From: Malacoraja senta
Lineage: Eukaryota
Length of the DNA: 64,000 nucleotides
Direction: 5' to 3'
NCBI GenBank assembly: GCA_038087875.1
Contig: JAXLNO010000062.1
Span: forward strand, 124,001-188,000
Under the pieces are notes generated by a model, which searched no databases, was not told the origin of the DNA, and saw nothing but the letters and a program-made list of their open reading frames with translations. Of this stretch, positions 23,705 to 36,772 are shown piece by piece (position 1 is the first letter of the stretch; every line of letters begins with the position of its first letter). Made by a program: the position numbers and the translations under genes.

Positions 23705-26700
23705 GGGTGCCCAGAGAACCCGGATGGGAAGGGACACTACCCAATGATAACCAGAGAGGCAGAGGAGGAACCTGTGGTTCAGGTACTTTTGGGGGGACAA
23801 TCAACACCCATGATGATAGACACTGGAGCTACCTATACTTGTGTGCAACCACAATATGCATCCCACCTTCCCGTCAGGAAAATTTGTTAAAACTGTAGGG
23901 TTCTCGGGAAAGACAGTTAATACGATGCACGACCCCCGTGAGTTTAAAGATGAATAACAGAGAGATAGTATTGCCAATATTAGTGTCGAAAGGGACTCCC
24001 ATTAATTTGTTAGGTAGGGACGCCCTGCTGAAACTGGAACTGAAATTAGAATGTACCAGAAATGGTTTGAGTGTGGAGAGGTCGAATGTCCAAATGGTAA
24101 TGCAGGAAGCTAGCAGAGCTAATGTGATTTGGATAGGGTTATAGAAAATCAAATTTGGGAAACCTGGAGCAAATGGGAAAAGGGGATATTGACTATATTG
24201 CCTGAAGCGACTCCACCCCAGTCTGAGCTGCACTGTACGATATACTTTTGACGAAACCCAGAATGTAGAACAGGGAAGGATGTGGCGTACAGGGACAGGT
24301 GGCCAGCACCACTTGAGAGCAGTAGAAGTAATAATTGGAAAACAGGGGGCAGCCTTGCAGATTGAATGGGACACCTTCCTGGAAAAATGGTACAGGGTGG
24401 TGGGGGCTGCACCTCACGTGACATTGCTTGTAAATAAGGGATATCAGTCTAGGGAATTGGGACCCATGGTGAGACAAGCAGGCACTGTTAGAAACTGGAG
24501 GATTGCTCCAAAAGTATGGATGTCTGAAGACAGTAATTACATCAAGATAACAGTTACTATAGACATGATAGGTATGATGAAAGAGGTTGAAATTAACCCC
24601 CAGCGACAGCTTCTTGTGCTTAAAACAGTAGGTCAGTCACAGGAGGAAATGCTGAATGAGTTGCCAGCTAGCATGTGGTCGCGACATGACACATGTGGGA
24701 CTGGTGAAGTCTGCAAGTCCGGTAGAGATAAGATTAAAACACGGAGCAGTTCCACCCCGGAGACCACAGTACCCTCTGAAGCCAGAGGCAGAGGACGGCA
24801 TAGCGGCAACTATACAGGGTCTGGTGGAGGTGGGAGTGCTTATCAAAACACATAGTCCCTGCAACACTCCACTGTTACGTTTTAAAGGCAGACAAGTCAA
24901 GGTGGATACTAGTACATGATTTGCGAGCAGTGAACGAGGTGGTGAGAGATTGGCCAGCGGTGGTTCCGAATCCGCACACATTACTGACCAATGTTCCACC
25001 AGAAGTAGCTTACTTTTCAGTGATTGATCTGTGTTCAGCGTTCTTCAGTGTGCCATTAGCAGACCAGTGTCAGTATCTGTTTGCTTTTACCTATAGGGGT
25101 GTTCAATACACTTACACTAGGATGCCGCAGGGATTCAAACATTCGCCTCATGTGTTCAATCAGGTACTAAAGGCAGATTTGGAAGGCGTAGCCTTAGATA
25201 GTACGCTGATACAGTATGTGGATGATTTATTGATTTGCTCTGAAACTGAGGAACAATGTGAGCAAGATACTGTGGCTCTTCTGGAGAGGCTGGCGTGCGG
25301 AGGTCATAAAGTGTCTAGGAAGAAGTTGCAGTTTTGTGTGCAGCAGGTAGAGTACTTAGGACAGTTAATCTCCAAAGGAATTTAAAACTATAGCTCCGAA
25401 CCAGATAGAGGCAATAATCAAAGCTCCTAAGCCACAGACAGTAAGACAGATGATGACATTCTTAGGGATGGCAGGATACAGTTCGGACTGGATTGGAGAA
25501 TATGCTGAGATTGTGACACCATTGAGAAAGATAATGAAGGAAGCAGGACAAACAAGCCTGAAGAATGTTTTGCAGTGGAATGACGAGGCAGAAATGGCTT
25601 TTAACACAATTAAGCAGGAATTGCAGTCGGCTCCAGCCTTGGCCCTGCCTAATTATGAGAAAACCTTTCATTTGTATGTATCCAACAGACAGGAGGGATA
25701 TGCTACAGCAGTATTGACACAGGAAACAGGTGTAGGAAAGGCGAAGCAGCCTGTTGCGTATTACAGTACAAAATTGGATGAGGTGGCTCAGGGATTCCAC
25801 CTTGCTATCAGGGACTGGCGGCGGTGTACTATGCTTATGAGAAAGCATCGTCTGTGACTATGGGATATCCAGTGATCATATATACCCACCACAAAGTGGC
25901 AGAGTTGTTGGAAAAAGGAAAGTTTGTACTTACACCAGCTAGGATAATAGCGTATCAGATGCTACTGACATTTTCTGATATCACCATACAAAAATGTACT
26001 ACAAGTAACATAGCTGACCATGTCCCGCTTGGTCATGAGGGGGAGCCCCATGACTGCGTGGGTCAGACGATGGTGTTTTCTAAATTACGAGCGGATTTAC
26101 AATCTGAACCACTGATTGATGAGGATAAGAAAGTCTTGTTTGTGGATGGATCATGCTATCGGGATCATGATGGAAATCATGCAGAATTTGCAGTGGTGCA
26201 ACAGGACCAAACAGGGTTTCAGACCATTAGGTTGGAGGCTTGTCAGCAGCCATGTTCAGCCCAGTTGGCAGAGATTAAGGCTTTAACAGCAGCGTGTGAA
26301 ATGATGGAAGGTGAAAAAGTGGATATCTACACAGATTTGGCTTATGCACACGGAGTCTGTGATCCATTTGGTGCAGTATGGAAACAGAGGGGCTTTAAGA
26401 AAAGCAATGGGGATCCCATACAACATTTCCAACACATTTCTGACCTAATAAAGGCATTAGTAAAGCCTAGGGCATTACCCATTGTAAAATGTCAGGCACA
26501 TAAAAAGGGCAGTGACACAGTTACGAAGGGAAATCATGCAGCGGATGAAGCAGCTAAGACAGCATCTGGGTGCCAATCGGCAATAATTGCACCCCATATG
26601 TTAGTGGTACCAGAGCCTACAAAGACAGATATCATTGAAATGCAGGGACAGGCTACATTAGCTGAACAAACGATGTGGGGGCAGAGGGGAGCCAAGCCAA

Positions 26701-27823
26701 ACGAGGACGGCTTATGGACCACCGAAAATGGCCTGTTAGTGGCACCTACCACCTTATTGACCAGTCTTATTTCAGAAGCACATGGACTGGACCATTGTGC
26801 GAGGGGGGAAGTCATACGAAAGGTAAGAAAGGATGGGTTTTGGTCACCTTATCTGCAGGCTTCAGTAGATCACTTTTTGTCCCGGTGTGAGGTATGTGCA
26901 CAAAATAATGTCAGAAAGGGCATAACGACACCTATCGGTCACATACCGAGAGGCCATTCACACATCTGGTAATCGACTATGTGGACATGTTGAAAACAGT
27001 ACGAGGTAAGCGATACCTGTTGGTAATCATTGATAGAGTCAGTAGATGGGTGGAGGCTGTACCTTCCAAAGACCTAGGGGCAGGTACGGTGGTGAAATAT
27101 TTGACAAATGAGGTGATTCCACGGTTTGGCATACCAGCAATAATTAGCTCCGACAATGGGCCAGCTTTTGTTAAGAAGACAGTTAAGCTGGTGCTGCAGG
27201 CCCTGAGGGTGAAGCAAAGATTTGGCTGTGTCTACCACCCTCAATCACAAAGCATGGTGGAAAGGGTGAATGGGACGTTGAAAGCAAAAATAAACAAAAT
27301 TTGTGCAACTACTAAATTAAATTGGATTGATGCATTGCCCTTGGCGTTAATGAGTTGTCGTATGCAAACCAATCGAACAACTCACCTAACACCGCACGAA
27401 ATGCTCACCGGCAGACCCATGCCAGTGCCCAGACGAAGGGATATATATATATATGAGGGTCCGAGTTTGGAGCAATTAGAGGTCGAACTTAAACAATATA
27501 TGCAACAGTTCACTATGATACATAAGTCTATTTATGCACAGGAAAAGCAAAAGGAGCCAGCGGCAGACCAGGAGGAAGGACCGATTAAGCCTGGAGACCA
27601 AGTTTATGTGCGAGCCTTTCGAAGAAAATGGAATGAACCAAGAAAGGAAGGACCATTCACAGTAATAAAGGCCTCACCTACAGCAGTTCAGGTAGAGGGC
27701 CGATCCATATGGTACCACCTTAATCATTGCACAAGGGCTATTCCACCACAACAGCCCAGGGATAACCCCGAGGTAAGTGAACAAGCGGACGAGGACACCG
27801 GGGAAGAACAGGGCATTGACTAG
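23705..27823 (+). pseudogene. pol: ERV pro-pol: protease, 2H phosphoesterase-like domain, RT, RNase H, integrase
   Basis: MIDTGATY and NLLGRD (PR); LHCT and PHVT (2H); MPQGF and YVDD (RT); FVDGS and AQLAE (RH); HGLDH..CEVC, SDNGPAF, VERVNGTLK, GPF (IN). Confidence 0.92.
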
Positions 27824-27872
27824 GTAATAAATGACGTATTCGGAGAAAGTGGGATTTCCGACACTAGTGAGG

Positions 27873-28951
27873 ATGCGGGTGTGGGTGAGTGCCCTTCTCC
27901 TGATAGGCATCATCCTTCTGCTAGCTATATGGGCGAAGGAGGGCCAGGGTAACCTGCCACGGATAATCCCTACTCAGGCTTCACAACCATCAACCTAGCC
28001 GACTTGGGCTTGGAAGGATAACATCACTGCTTCACACGAGTTGGGAAAGCTGGTATGTAACCAAAGGGAGGCAAATGTCCAAAATGATACTAGCTCAGCC
28101 GTCTGGCGTAGCGCTTCCACAAGCGAGTGGTACAAGTGGGCGCAATACACAGCACAAACTTTGAAGTTGCCACAATGTATAATATGTGCCAAAGCGAATG
28201 GGAGAATATTGGCTATACCAGAACCTCACAACTATACATATTGTGCGGATTTCTTGCGAAGTGTGACACGCTGGGGAGACATGTCTAATTGCCCAATAGA
28301 GTGTTTAAATGCAGCAGGATCGACACAAGTGACACTTGCGAAAGAACACTGTTCTCTATGGAACTTCACAGAGGTAAGAAAACCCTACCCAGAGCCACCA
28401 CCAGAGGTTGGGATTACATCTACAGCACAGTATGAATGCTACCTTGCAGCGAATGGCACACACCCGGTAGGAACTTTTCCCGGCCGTTGTAACAGGGTGT
28501 GGGTGTTTAATCAACAGGACCCATACCAAGTGGCTGAAGATGTGCCCAAAGTAGATGTTGCTGTTGTACTACCACAGTGCAAGGCTATTTTGACAGCAGA
28601 TGTGGCTGTAGCTGATAGGTTTTGGATGTGCAGAGGTAAGCCTAGCAACACACTGCCGCTACATTGGACTGGATTGTGTGCCAGGGTGATGTTGGCACAA
28701 CCTGTCCTTGTGATAAGTCCAACAGATATGTGCAAACAGACCCGTAGGAAAAGAGCATTTGATTCGTTACCTGACGGGGTTCATCTGGATGCAATAGGAC
28801 AACCGAGAGGAATCCCTAATGAATTTAAAGCCAGGAATGAGATTGCTGCAGGACTGGAGTCAATACTTTTCTGGATTACGCCTGCTAAAAACACAGAATG
28901 GATCAAGTACATTTATTATAATCAACAGAGGTTTATTAATTACACTGACGA
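27873..28951 (+). pseudogene. env: ERV env, truncated early in TM
   Basis: Hydrophobic signal MRVWVSALLLIGIILLLAIWA; one in-frame TAG at 27996; CIIC motif; furin site RRKR; DAIGQPRGIPNEFKARNEIAAG...YYNQQRF. Confidence 0.88.
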
Positions 28952-29039
28952 CGCTGCATCATGACTTGCTGACTCTTATAGTCAATGCCCCATAGCACAG
29001 AAGACAAGCATACCATACGCTTAACCCATACTGGTTAAC

Positions 29040-32000
29040 ATATGATGCACGTTTGATAGCACCAGGCCTGTACTCGCTAGAGTTTAGAAGAATGAGGGGG
29101 GACCTCATTGAAACGTACCGAATAGTGAAAGTCATGGACAAAGTGGATGTGGAGAGGATGTTTCCACTAGTGGGAGAGTGTCACAGCCTCAGAATTAAAG
29201 GACGTTCCTTTTGGAAGGAGAGGAGAAGCAATTTATTTAATCAGAGGGTGGTGAATCGGTGGAATTCTTTGCCACAGAAGGCTGTGGAGGCCAAGTCAAT
29301 GGATATTTTTATGGCAGAGATAGATGGACTGTTGATTGGTAGAGGTGTCAGGGGTTATGGGGAGAAAGCAGGAGAATGAGCAGCTTGTAATGGAGCCGAC
29401 CAGAGAAAAGGTAATTCTGGATTTAGTGTTGTCCAATGAACCAGATATGATAATTGAACTCGAGGTAAAGGAACCGCTTGGAGGTAGTGATCATAATATG
29501 ATTAGTTTTAATCTGCAATTTGAGAAGGAGAACGTTAAATCGGAAGTGGCAGTGATGCAGTTGAACAAAGAGGACTATGAAGGCATGAGAGGGGAGCTGG
29601 CCAAGGTAGACTGGAAAGGGATCCTAGCAGGAATGACGGTGGAACAGCAATGGCAGGAATTTCTGGGCATAATCCGGAAGACACAGGATCATTTCATTCC
29701 AAAAAGGAAGAAAGATTCTAAGGGGAATAGGAGGCAACCGTGGCTGACAAGAGAAGTTAGGGATAGAATAAAACTAAAAGAAAAGATGTATAACACAGCA
29801 AAGAGTAGCCGGAAGCCAGAGGATTGGGAAACGTTCATAGGACAACAGAAGGAAACAAAACGGACAATACGGGCTGAAAAGATGAAGTACGAAGGGAAGC
29901 TGGCCAGAAATATAAAGAAGGACAGTAAAAGCTTCTTTCATAGATACATAGATACATAGAAAATAGGTGCAGGAGTAGGCCATTCGGCCCTTCGAGCCTG
30001 CACCGCCATTCAATATGATCATGGCTGATCATCCAACTCAGTATCCCGTACCTGCCTTTTCTCCATACCCCCTGATCCCTTTAGCCACAAGGGCCACATC
30101 TAACTCCCTCTTAAATATAGCCAATGAACTGGCGTCAACTACCCTCTGAGGCAGAGAGTTCCAGAGATTCACCACTCTCTGTGTGAAAAAGTTTTTCCTC
30201 ATCTCGGTCTTAAAGGATTTCCCCCTTATCCTTAAGCTGTGACCCCTTGTCCTGGACTTCCCCAACATCGGGAACAATCTTCCTGCATCTAGCCTGTCCA
30301 ACCCCATAAGAATTTTGTACGTTTCTATAAGATCCCCTCTCAATCTCCTAAATTCTAGCGAGTATAAGCCAAGTCTATCCAGTCTTTCTTCATATGAAAG
30401 GCCTGACATCCCAGGAATCAGTCTGGTGAACCTTCTCTGCACTCCCTCTATGGCTATAATGTCCTTCCTCAGATTTGGAGACCAAAACTGTACGCAATAC
30501 TCCAGGTGTGGTCTCACCAAGACCCTGTACAACTGCAGTAGAACCTCCCTGCTCCTATACTCAAATCCTCTTGCTATGAAGGCCAACATACCATTCGCTT
30601 TCTTCACTGCCTGCTGCACCTACATGCCTACTTTCAATGACTGGTGTACCATGACACCCAGGTCTCGCTGCACCTCCCCATTTCCTAATCGGCCACCATT
30701 TAGATAATAGTCTGCCTTCCCGTTTTTGCCACCAAAGTGGATAACCTCACATTTATCCACATTATACTGCATCTGCCAAACATTTGCCCACTCACCCAGC
30801 CTATCCAAGTCACCTTGCAGTCTCCTAGCATCCTCCTCACAGCTAACACTGTCCCCCAGCTTAGTGTCATCCGCTAACTTGGAGATGTTGCTTTCAATTC
30901 CCTCGTCCAGATCATTAATATAAATTGTAAATAGCTGGGGTCCCAGCACTGAGCCTTGCGGTACCCCACTAGTCACTGCCTGCCATTGTGAAAAGGATCC
31001 GTTTACTCCTACTCTTTGCTTCCTGTTTGCCAGCCAGTTCTCTATCCACATCAATACTGAACCCCCAATACCGTGTGATTTAAGTTTGTATCCTGATCTC
31101 TTATGTGGTACCTTGTCGAAAGCCTTCTGAAAGTCCAGATACAACACATCCACTGGTTCTCCCCTATCCACTCTACTAGTTACATCCTCGAAAAATTCTA
31201 TAAGATTCGTCAGACACGATTTACCTTTCGTAAATCCATGCTGACTTTGTCCTATGAATTCACCACTTTCCAAATGTGCTGCTATCCCATCTTTAATAAC
31301 TGACTCTAGCAGTTTCCCCACTACCGATGTTAGACCAACTGGTCTGTAATTCCCCGTTTTCTCTCTCCCTCCCTTCTTAAAAAGTGGGGTTACGTTTGCT
31401 ACCCTCCAATCCTCAGGAACTACTCCAGAATCTAAAGAATTTTGAAAAATTATCACTAATGCATCCACTATTTCTGGAGCTACTTCCTTAAGTACTCTGG
31501 GATGCAGCCTATCTGGCCCTGGTGATTTATCGGCCTTTAATCCATTCAATTTACCCAACACCACTTCCCGACTAACCTGGATTTCACTCAGTTCCTCCAT
31601 CTCCTTTGACCCCTGCTATTTCCGGCAGATTATTTATGTCTTCCTTAGTGAAGACGGAACCAAAGTAGTTATTCAATTGGTCCGCCATATCCTTGTTCCC
31701 CATGATCAATGTTCGATATGTAAGGGAAAAAGAGTAGCAAAGTCAAATGTGGGTACCTTGAAGGCAGACACGGGTGAAATTATTATGGGCAACAAGGATA
31801 TGGCAGAAGAGTTGAATAGGTACTTCGGATCTGTCTTCACTAAGGAAGACACAAATAATCTCCCAGATGTTCTGTAGGACAGAGGATCTAAGGGGGTAGA
31901 GGAACTGAAAGAAATGTTCATTAGGCGAGAAATAGTATTTAGACTAATGGGACTGAAGGATGATAAATCCCCTGGGCCTGATGGTCTGCATCCCAGGGTC

Positions 32001-33478
32001 CTCGGGGAGGTGTCTCTAGAAATAGTGGATGCATTGGTGATTATTTTCCAATGTTCAATAGATTCAGGATCAGTTCCTGTGGATTGGAGGATAGCTAATG
32101 TTATCCCACTTTTCAAGAAAGGAGCGAGAGAGAAAACGGGGAATTACAGACCAGTCAGCCTGACTTCGGTGGTGGGAAAGATGCTGGAGTCAATTATTAA
32201 AGAAGTAATAATGGGGCATTTGGATAGCAGTAAAAGGATTAGTCCAAGTCAACATGGATTTATGAAAGGGAAATCATGCTTGACTAATCTTCTGGAATTT
32301 TTTGAGGATGTGACAAGTAAAATGGATGAAGGGGTGCCAGTGGATGTAGTGGATCTAGACTTTCAGAAAGCCTTTGATAAAGTCCCGCATGGGAGACTGG
32401 TGACTAAAATTAGAGCACATGGTATTGGGGGTAGGGTGTTGACATGGATAGAAAATTGGTTGGCAGATCGGAAGCAAAGAGTAGGAGTGAACGGGTCCTT
32501 TTCAGAATGGCAGGCAGTGGCGAGTGGAGTGCCGCAAGGTTCGGTGTTGGGGCCGCAACTGTTTACCATATATATTAATGATTTGGAAGAGGGAATTAGG
32601 AGCAACACTAGCAAGTTTGCAGATGACACAAAGCTGGGTGGCAGTGTGAACTGTGAAGAGGATGTTAAGAGGTTGCAGGGTGACCTGGACAGGTTTAGTG
32701 AGTGGGCAGATGCCTGGCAGATGCAGTATAATGTAGATAAATATGAGGTTATCGAATTTGGCGGCAAAAACAAGGGGGCAGATTATTATCTCAACGGGGT
32801 TAGGTTAGGTAAGGGGGAGGTACAGCGAGACACCAGTCAGTGACTTGTACACCAGTCACTGAAAGTTGGCGTGCAGGTACAGCAGGCAGTGACGAAAGCT
32901 AATGGAATGTTGGCCTTCATAACAAGAGGATTTCAGTAAAGGAGTAGAGAGGTTCTTCTGCAGTTCTATAGGGCTCTGGTGAGACCAGATCTGGAGTATT
33001 ATGTACAGTTTGAGGAAGGACATCCTTGTGATTGAGGCAGTGCAGCTTAGGTTCACGAGATTGATCCCTAGGATGGCGGGACTGTCATATGAAGAAAGAT
33101 TGGAAAATACTAGGCTTGTATTCACTGGAGTTTGGAAGGATGAGGGGGGGTCTTATAGAAACATATAAAATTATAAATGGACTGGACAAGCTAGATGCAG
33201 GAAAAATGTTCACAATGTTGGGTGAGTCCAGAACCAGGGGCCACAGTCTTAGAATAAAGGGGAGGTCATTTAAGATTGAGGTGAGAAAAAACTTTTTCTC
33301 CCAGAGAGTTGTGAATTTGTGGAATTCCCTGCCACAGAGGGCAGTGGAGGCCAAATCACTGGATGGATTTAAGAGAGTTAGATAAAGCTCTAGGGGCTAG
33401 TTGAGTCAAGGGAAATGGGGAGAAGGCAGGCATGGGTTATTGATAGGGGACGATCAGCCATGATCACAATGAATGGCA
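29040..33478 (+). mobile_element. CR1 LINE fragments (plus strand); main copy ~29380-33478 is split by an antisense CR1 and later by an L2
   Basis: KDSKSFF (29938) resumes as GKRVAKSNVG (~31725); RT motifs 31914-32843; the 3' UTR resumes at 35401 after the L2. Confidence 0.87.
29939..31710 (-). mobile_element. Young 5'-truncated CR1 LINE, same subfamily as 1855-7428
   Basis: Near-identical to 1855-2130 plus 3906-5390; ORF2 open except one stop at ~30620; ATAGATAC tail repeats at the left end. Confidence 0.92.
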
Positions 33479-35400
33479 GTTTTGCCTCCTTCTTCACCAA
33501 CAAAATTCAGAAAATTAGGCAAGCAGTCAGTGCCTCCACATCAGGTGCAGGACATGTGTTGTCCATGTGTCCACTTATAATCAATTCAAATACCATGACA
33601 CAATTTTATGTTATTAACCATAAAATCTTGGAGGACATTATACAACATTTGAAATCCTCCTCCTGCTGCCTCGATATTCTACCAACAGGCCTTTTCAACG
33701 GTGTATCAAACTGCATGACCTCAGACCTTCTACAGATTGTAAACACGTCCCTTCTCTCAGGTATCTTCCCACAGGCCCTGAAAACTGCTGTTATCAAGCC
33801 TCTCTTAAAAAAGAACTTAGACACTTCACTGCTGAACAATTACAGACCAATATCAAACCTCCCATTTCTCAGTAAAATCATTGAAAAAGCTGTTTTTAAG
33901 CAGCTGAACAATTTCATGTTAATGAACAGCTGTTTTGATGTCTTCCAGTCAGGATTTACACCACATCACAGCACCGAGACGGCTCTTGTTAAGGTCTTCA
34001 ATGACATTCACTTAAACACAGACAATGGCAAAATTTCAGTCTTAGTATTACTAGATCTCAGTGCTGCATTCGACACAGTCGATCACAACATATTACTAGA
34101 CCGTCTGGAAAACTGAGTGGGACTTTCGGGCACAGCATTAAAATGGTTTGAATCCTACTTGAAGGACAGGGACTACTTTGTGTCTATAGGTAATTACACA
34201 TCTGAGCGTGCAAAAATTACACGTGGAGTTCCCCAGGGCTCCATTCTGGGGCCTCTTCTGTTTAACATCTACATGCTTCCACTGGCTCAGATCATGAAAA
34301 ACATCAAAATATGTTACCATAGTTACGCAGATGACGCACAAATCTACATAACAATATCACCAGGAGACTATAGTCCAATACATGCACTGAGTAGATGCAT
34401 TGAGCAAATCAACGATTGGATGAACCAGAATTTTCTCCAATTAAACAAAGAAAAAACTGAAATAATTGTTTTTGGAGACAAGGAAGAACGATTAAAAGTT
34501 AGCACCCAGCTTCAAATGGTAATGCTAAAAACAACAAACCAAGCCAGAAACTTAGGAGTGGTCATGGACTCAGACCTGAACTTCAACAGCCACATAAAAA
34601 AAGTCACAAAGTCAGCCTACTATCACCTAAAGAATATATCAAGGATTAAAGGACTTATGTCTCAGCAGGATTTGGAAAAACTTGTCCATGCATATATATT
34701 CAGCAGGCTCGACTACTGTAACAGTGTCTTTACAGGTCTCCCTAAAAAGTCGATCAGACAGCTGCAGTTAATTCAGAACGCTGCTGCTCGAGTCCTCACT
34801 AAGACCAAAAAGGTAGATCACATTACTCCAGTTCTGAGGTCTTTACACTGGCTTCCTGTCTGTCAAAGAATTGATTTCAAAATACTACTATTGGTTTACA
34901 AAGCACTGAATGGTTTAGGGCCAAAATACATTTCTGATCTTCTGCTTAGCTACGAACCACCCAGACCTCTCAGATAGTCTGGGACAGGTCTGCTCTGTGT
35001 CCCCAGAGTCAGAACTAAACATGGAGAGGCAGCATTTAGTTTTTATGCACCACATATCTGGAACAAACTCCCAGAAAACTGCAGGTCTGCTGCAACTCTC
35101 AGCTCTTTTAAATCTAGACTGAAGACTTTTCTGTTTGCCGCTGCCTTTCAGTAAACAATACAATTTATTAATTACCTATACTGCACTGTAACTTCTATTC
35201 CTGGTTTTATTCTATTTTAAATATTTTATTTGATTGCTTTTAATTTTGTAATTATTTTATCTGAATAATCTAATAATCATTTTATATCTAAATGTCATTT
35301 TATATGTGTTTCTTTCAAATGCTTTAAATGTTTTATGTAAAGCACTTTGAATTACCTTGTGGTTGAAAGGTGCTATACAAATAAACTTGCCTTGCCTTGC
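33479..35400 (+). mobile_element. L2-clade LINE (fish type), 5'-truncated
   Basis: NYRPISNL, LVLLDLSAAFDTVDH, GVPQGSILGP, HSYADD, HITPVLRSLHWLP; tail AATAAACTTGCCTTGCCTTGC; stops at 34114 and 34975; inserted in a CR1 3' UTR. Confidence 0.88.
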
Positions 35401-36295
35401 TGGCTCGAAGGGCCGAATGGCCTCCTCCTACACCTATTTTCTATGTTTCTATGTTTAATGGGATTAGGAGGGAGAGATAGATCAGCCATGAATGAATGGC
35501 GGAATAGACTTGATGGGCTGAATGGCCTAATTCTGCTCCTATCATTTATGACACCTTCTTAACCACCCTGTCTACTTGTGCTGCCTCCTTCAGTGAGCTA
35601 TGAACTTGGACTCCAAGATCCCTCTGCACATCAATGCTGTTAATGGTCATGCCATTAACTGTATACTCTCCCGTTACATTTAACCTCTCAAAGTGCATCA
35701 CTTGCTCGGGTTAAATTCCATCTGCCATTTCTCTGCCCCTGTCTGCAGCTGGTCTATGTTCTGCTATCTTCTGACAGCATTTCTCGCTGTCTGCAACTCC
35801 TAATTTGTGTAATTAGCAATCTTACTCACCAACCCATCTGTATTTACGTTCAGGTTATATATATATGGAATTTAACCCGAGCAAGTGATGCACTTTGAGA
35901 GGTTAAATGTAACGGGAGTGTATACAGTTAATGGCATGACCATTAACAGCATTGATGTGCAGAGGGATCTTGGAGTCCAAGTTCATAGCTCACTGAAGGA
36001 GGCAGCACAAGTAGACAGGGTGGTTAAGAAGGTGTCATAAATGATAGGAGCAGAATTAGGCCATTCAGCCCATCAAGTCTATTCCGCCATTCATTCATGG
36101 CTGATCTATCTCTCCCTCCTAATCCCATTAAACATAGAAACATAGAAAATAGGTGTAGGAGGAGGCCATTCGGCCCTTCGAGCCAGCAAGGCAAGGCAAG
36201 TTTATTTGTATAGCACCTTTCAACCACAAGGTAATTCAAAGTGCTTTACATAAAACATTTAAAGCATTTGAAAGAAACACATATAAAATGACATT
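35291..36295. repeat. Inverted duplication, arms 35291-35721 and 35865-36295
   Basis: Arms are reverse complements (the same 71-aa ORF appears on both strands); one mismatch seen near 35667; 143-bp spacer. Confidence 0.92.
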
Positions 36296-36772
36296 ATTTT
36301 ATATGTGTTATATATATATAACACAAAATCTCTCTAACTCTGGCCCCAGCCCATTCATGAATTTTAATCCCTGTGCAATTGATTATTCCTTTAGCAGCTA
36401 TTTAGAACCTTCTTCCTCTATGTGTCTCTCCTCCTCCACAACTACCATGGGGAAAAACATTCGGAACATCTTCCCCATCTAGTTTAGTCTAGTTTCTTGT
36501 CCCGTGTACCAAAAAGCTTTTTTGTAGCGTGCTTTCTGTAGATTGAGGATGCATGTGAATCAATCACACTTAGTTGGCATCACTAACTCCGCCCCATAAT
36601 AACAATTATACTAACGCCCATTCCCAGCACCGTTAGTTGAAGCAGCCAGGATGAACTGACAACACCTAAATCTGTAATGCTGCTAAGTTAATGTGCTGAA
36701 TAAAGATGTGTGTAAATCTTATATGCTTTGAAGTGATTTACATGGTGTCAGAAGTGGTCATACCCACTCCTC

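Larger units (their letters stand above)
20161..28951 (+). mobile_element. Endogenous retrovirus, fish epsilon/gamma-like, 3'-truncated (no 3' LTR seen)
   Basis: 5' LTR, PBS, gag, pro-pol and env in order; multiple stops and frameshifts. Confidence 0.93.
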
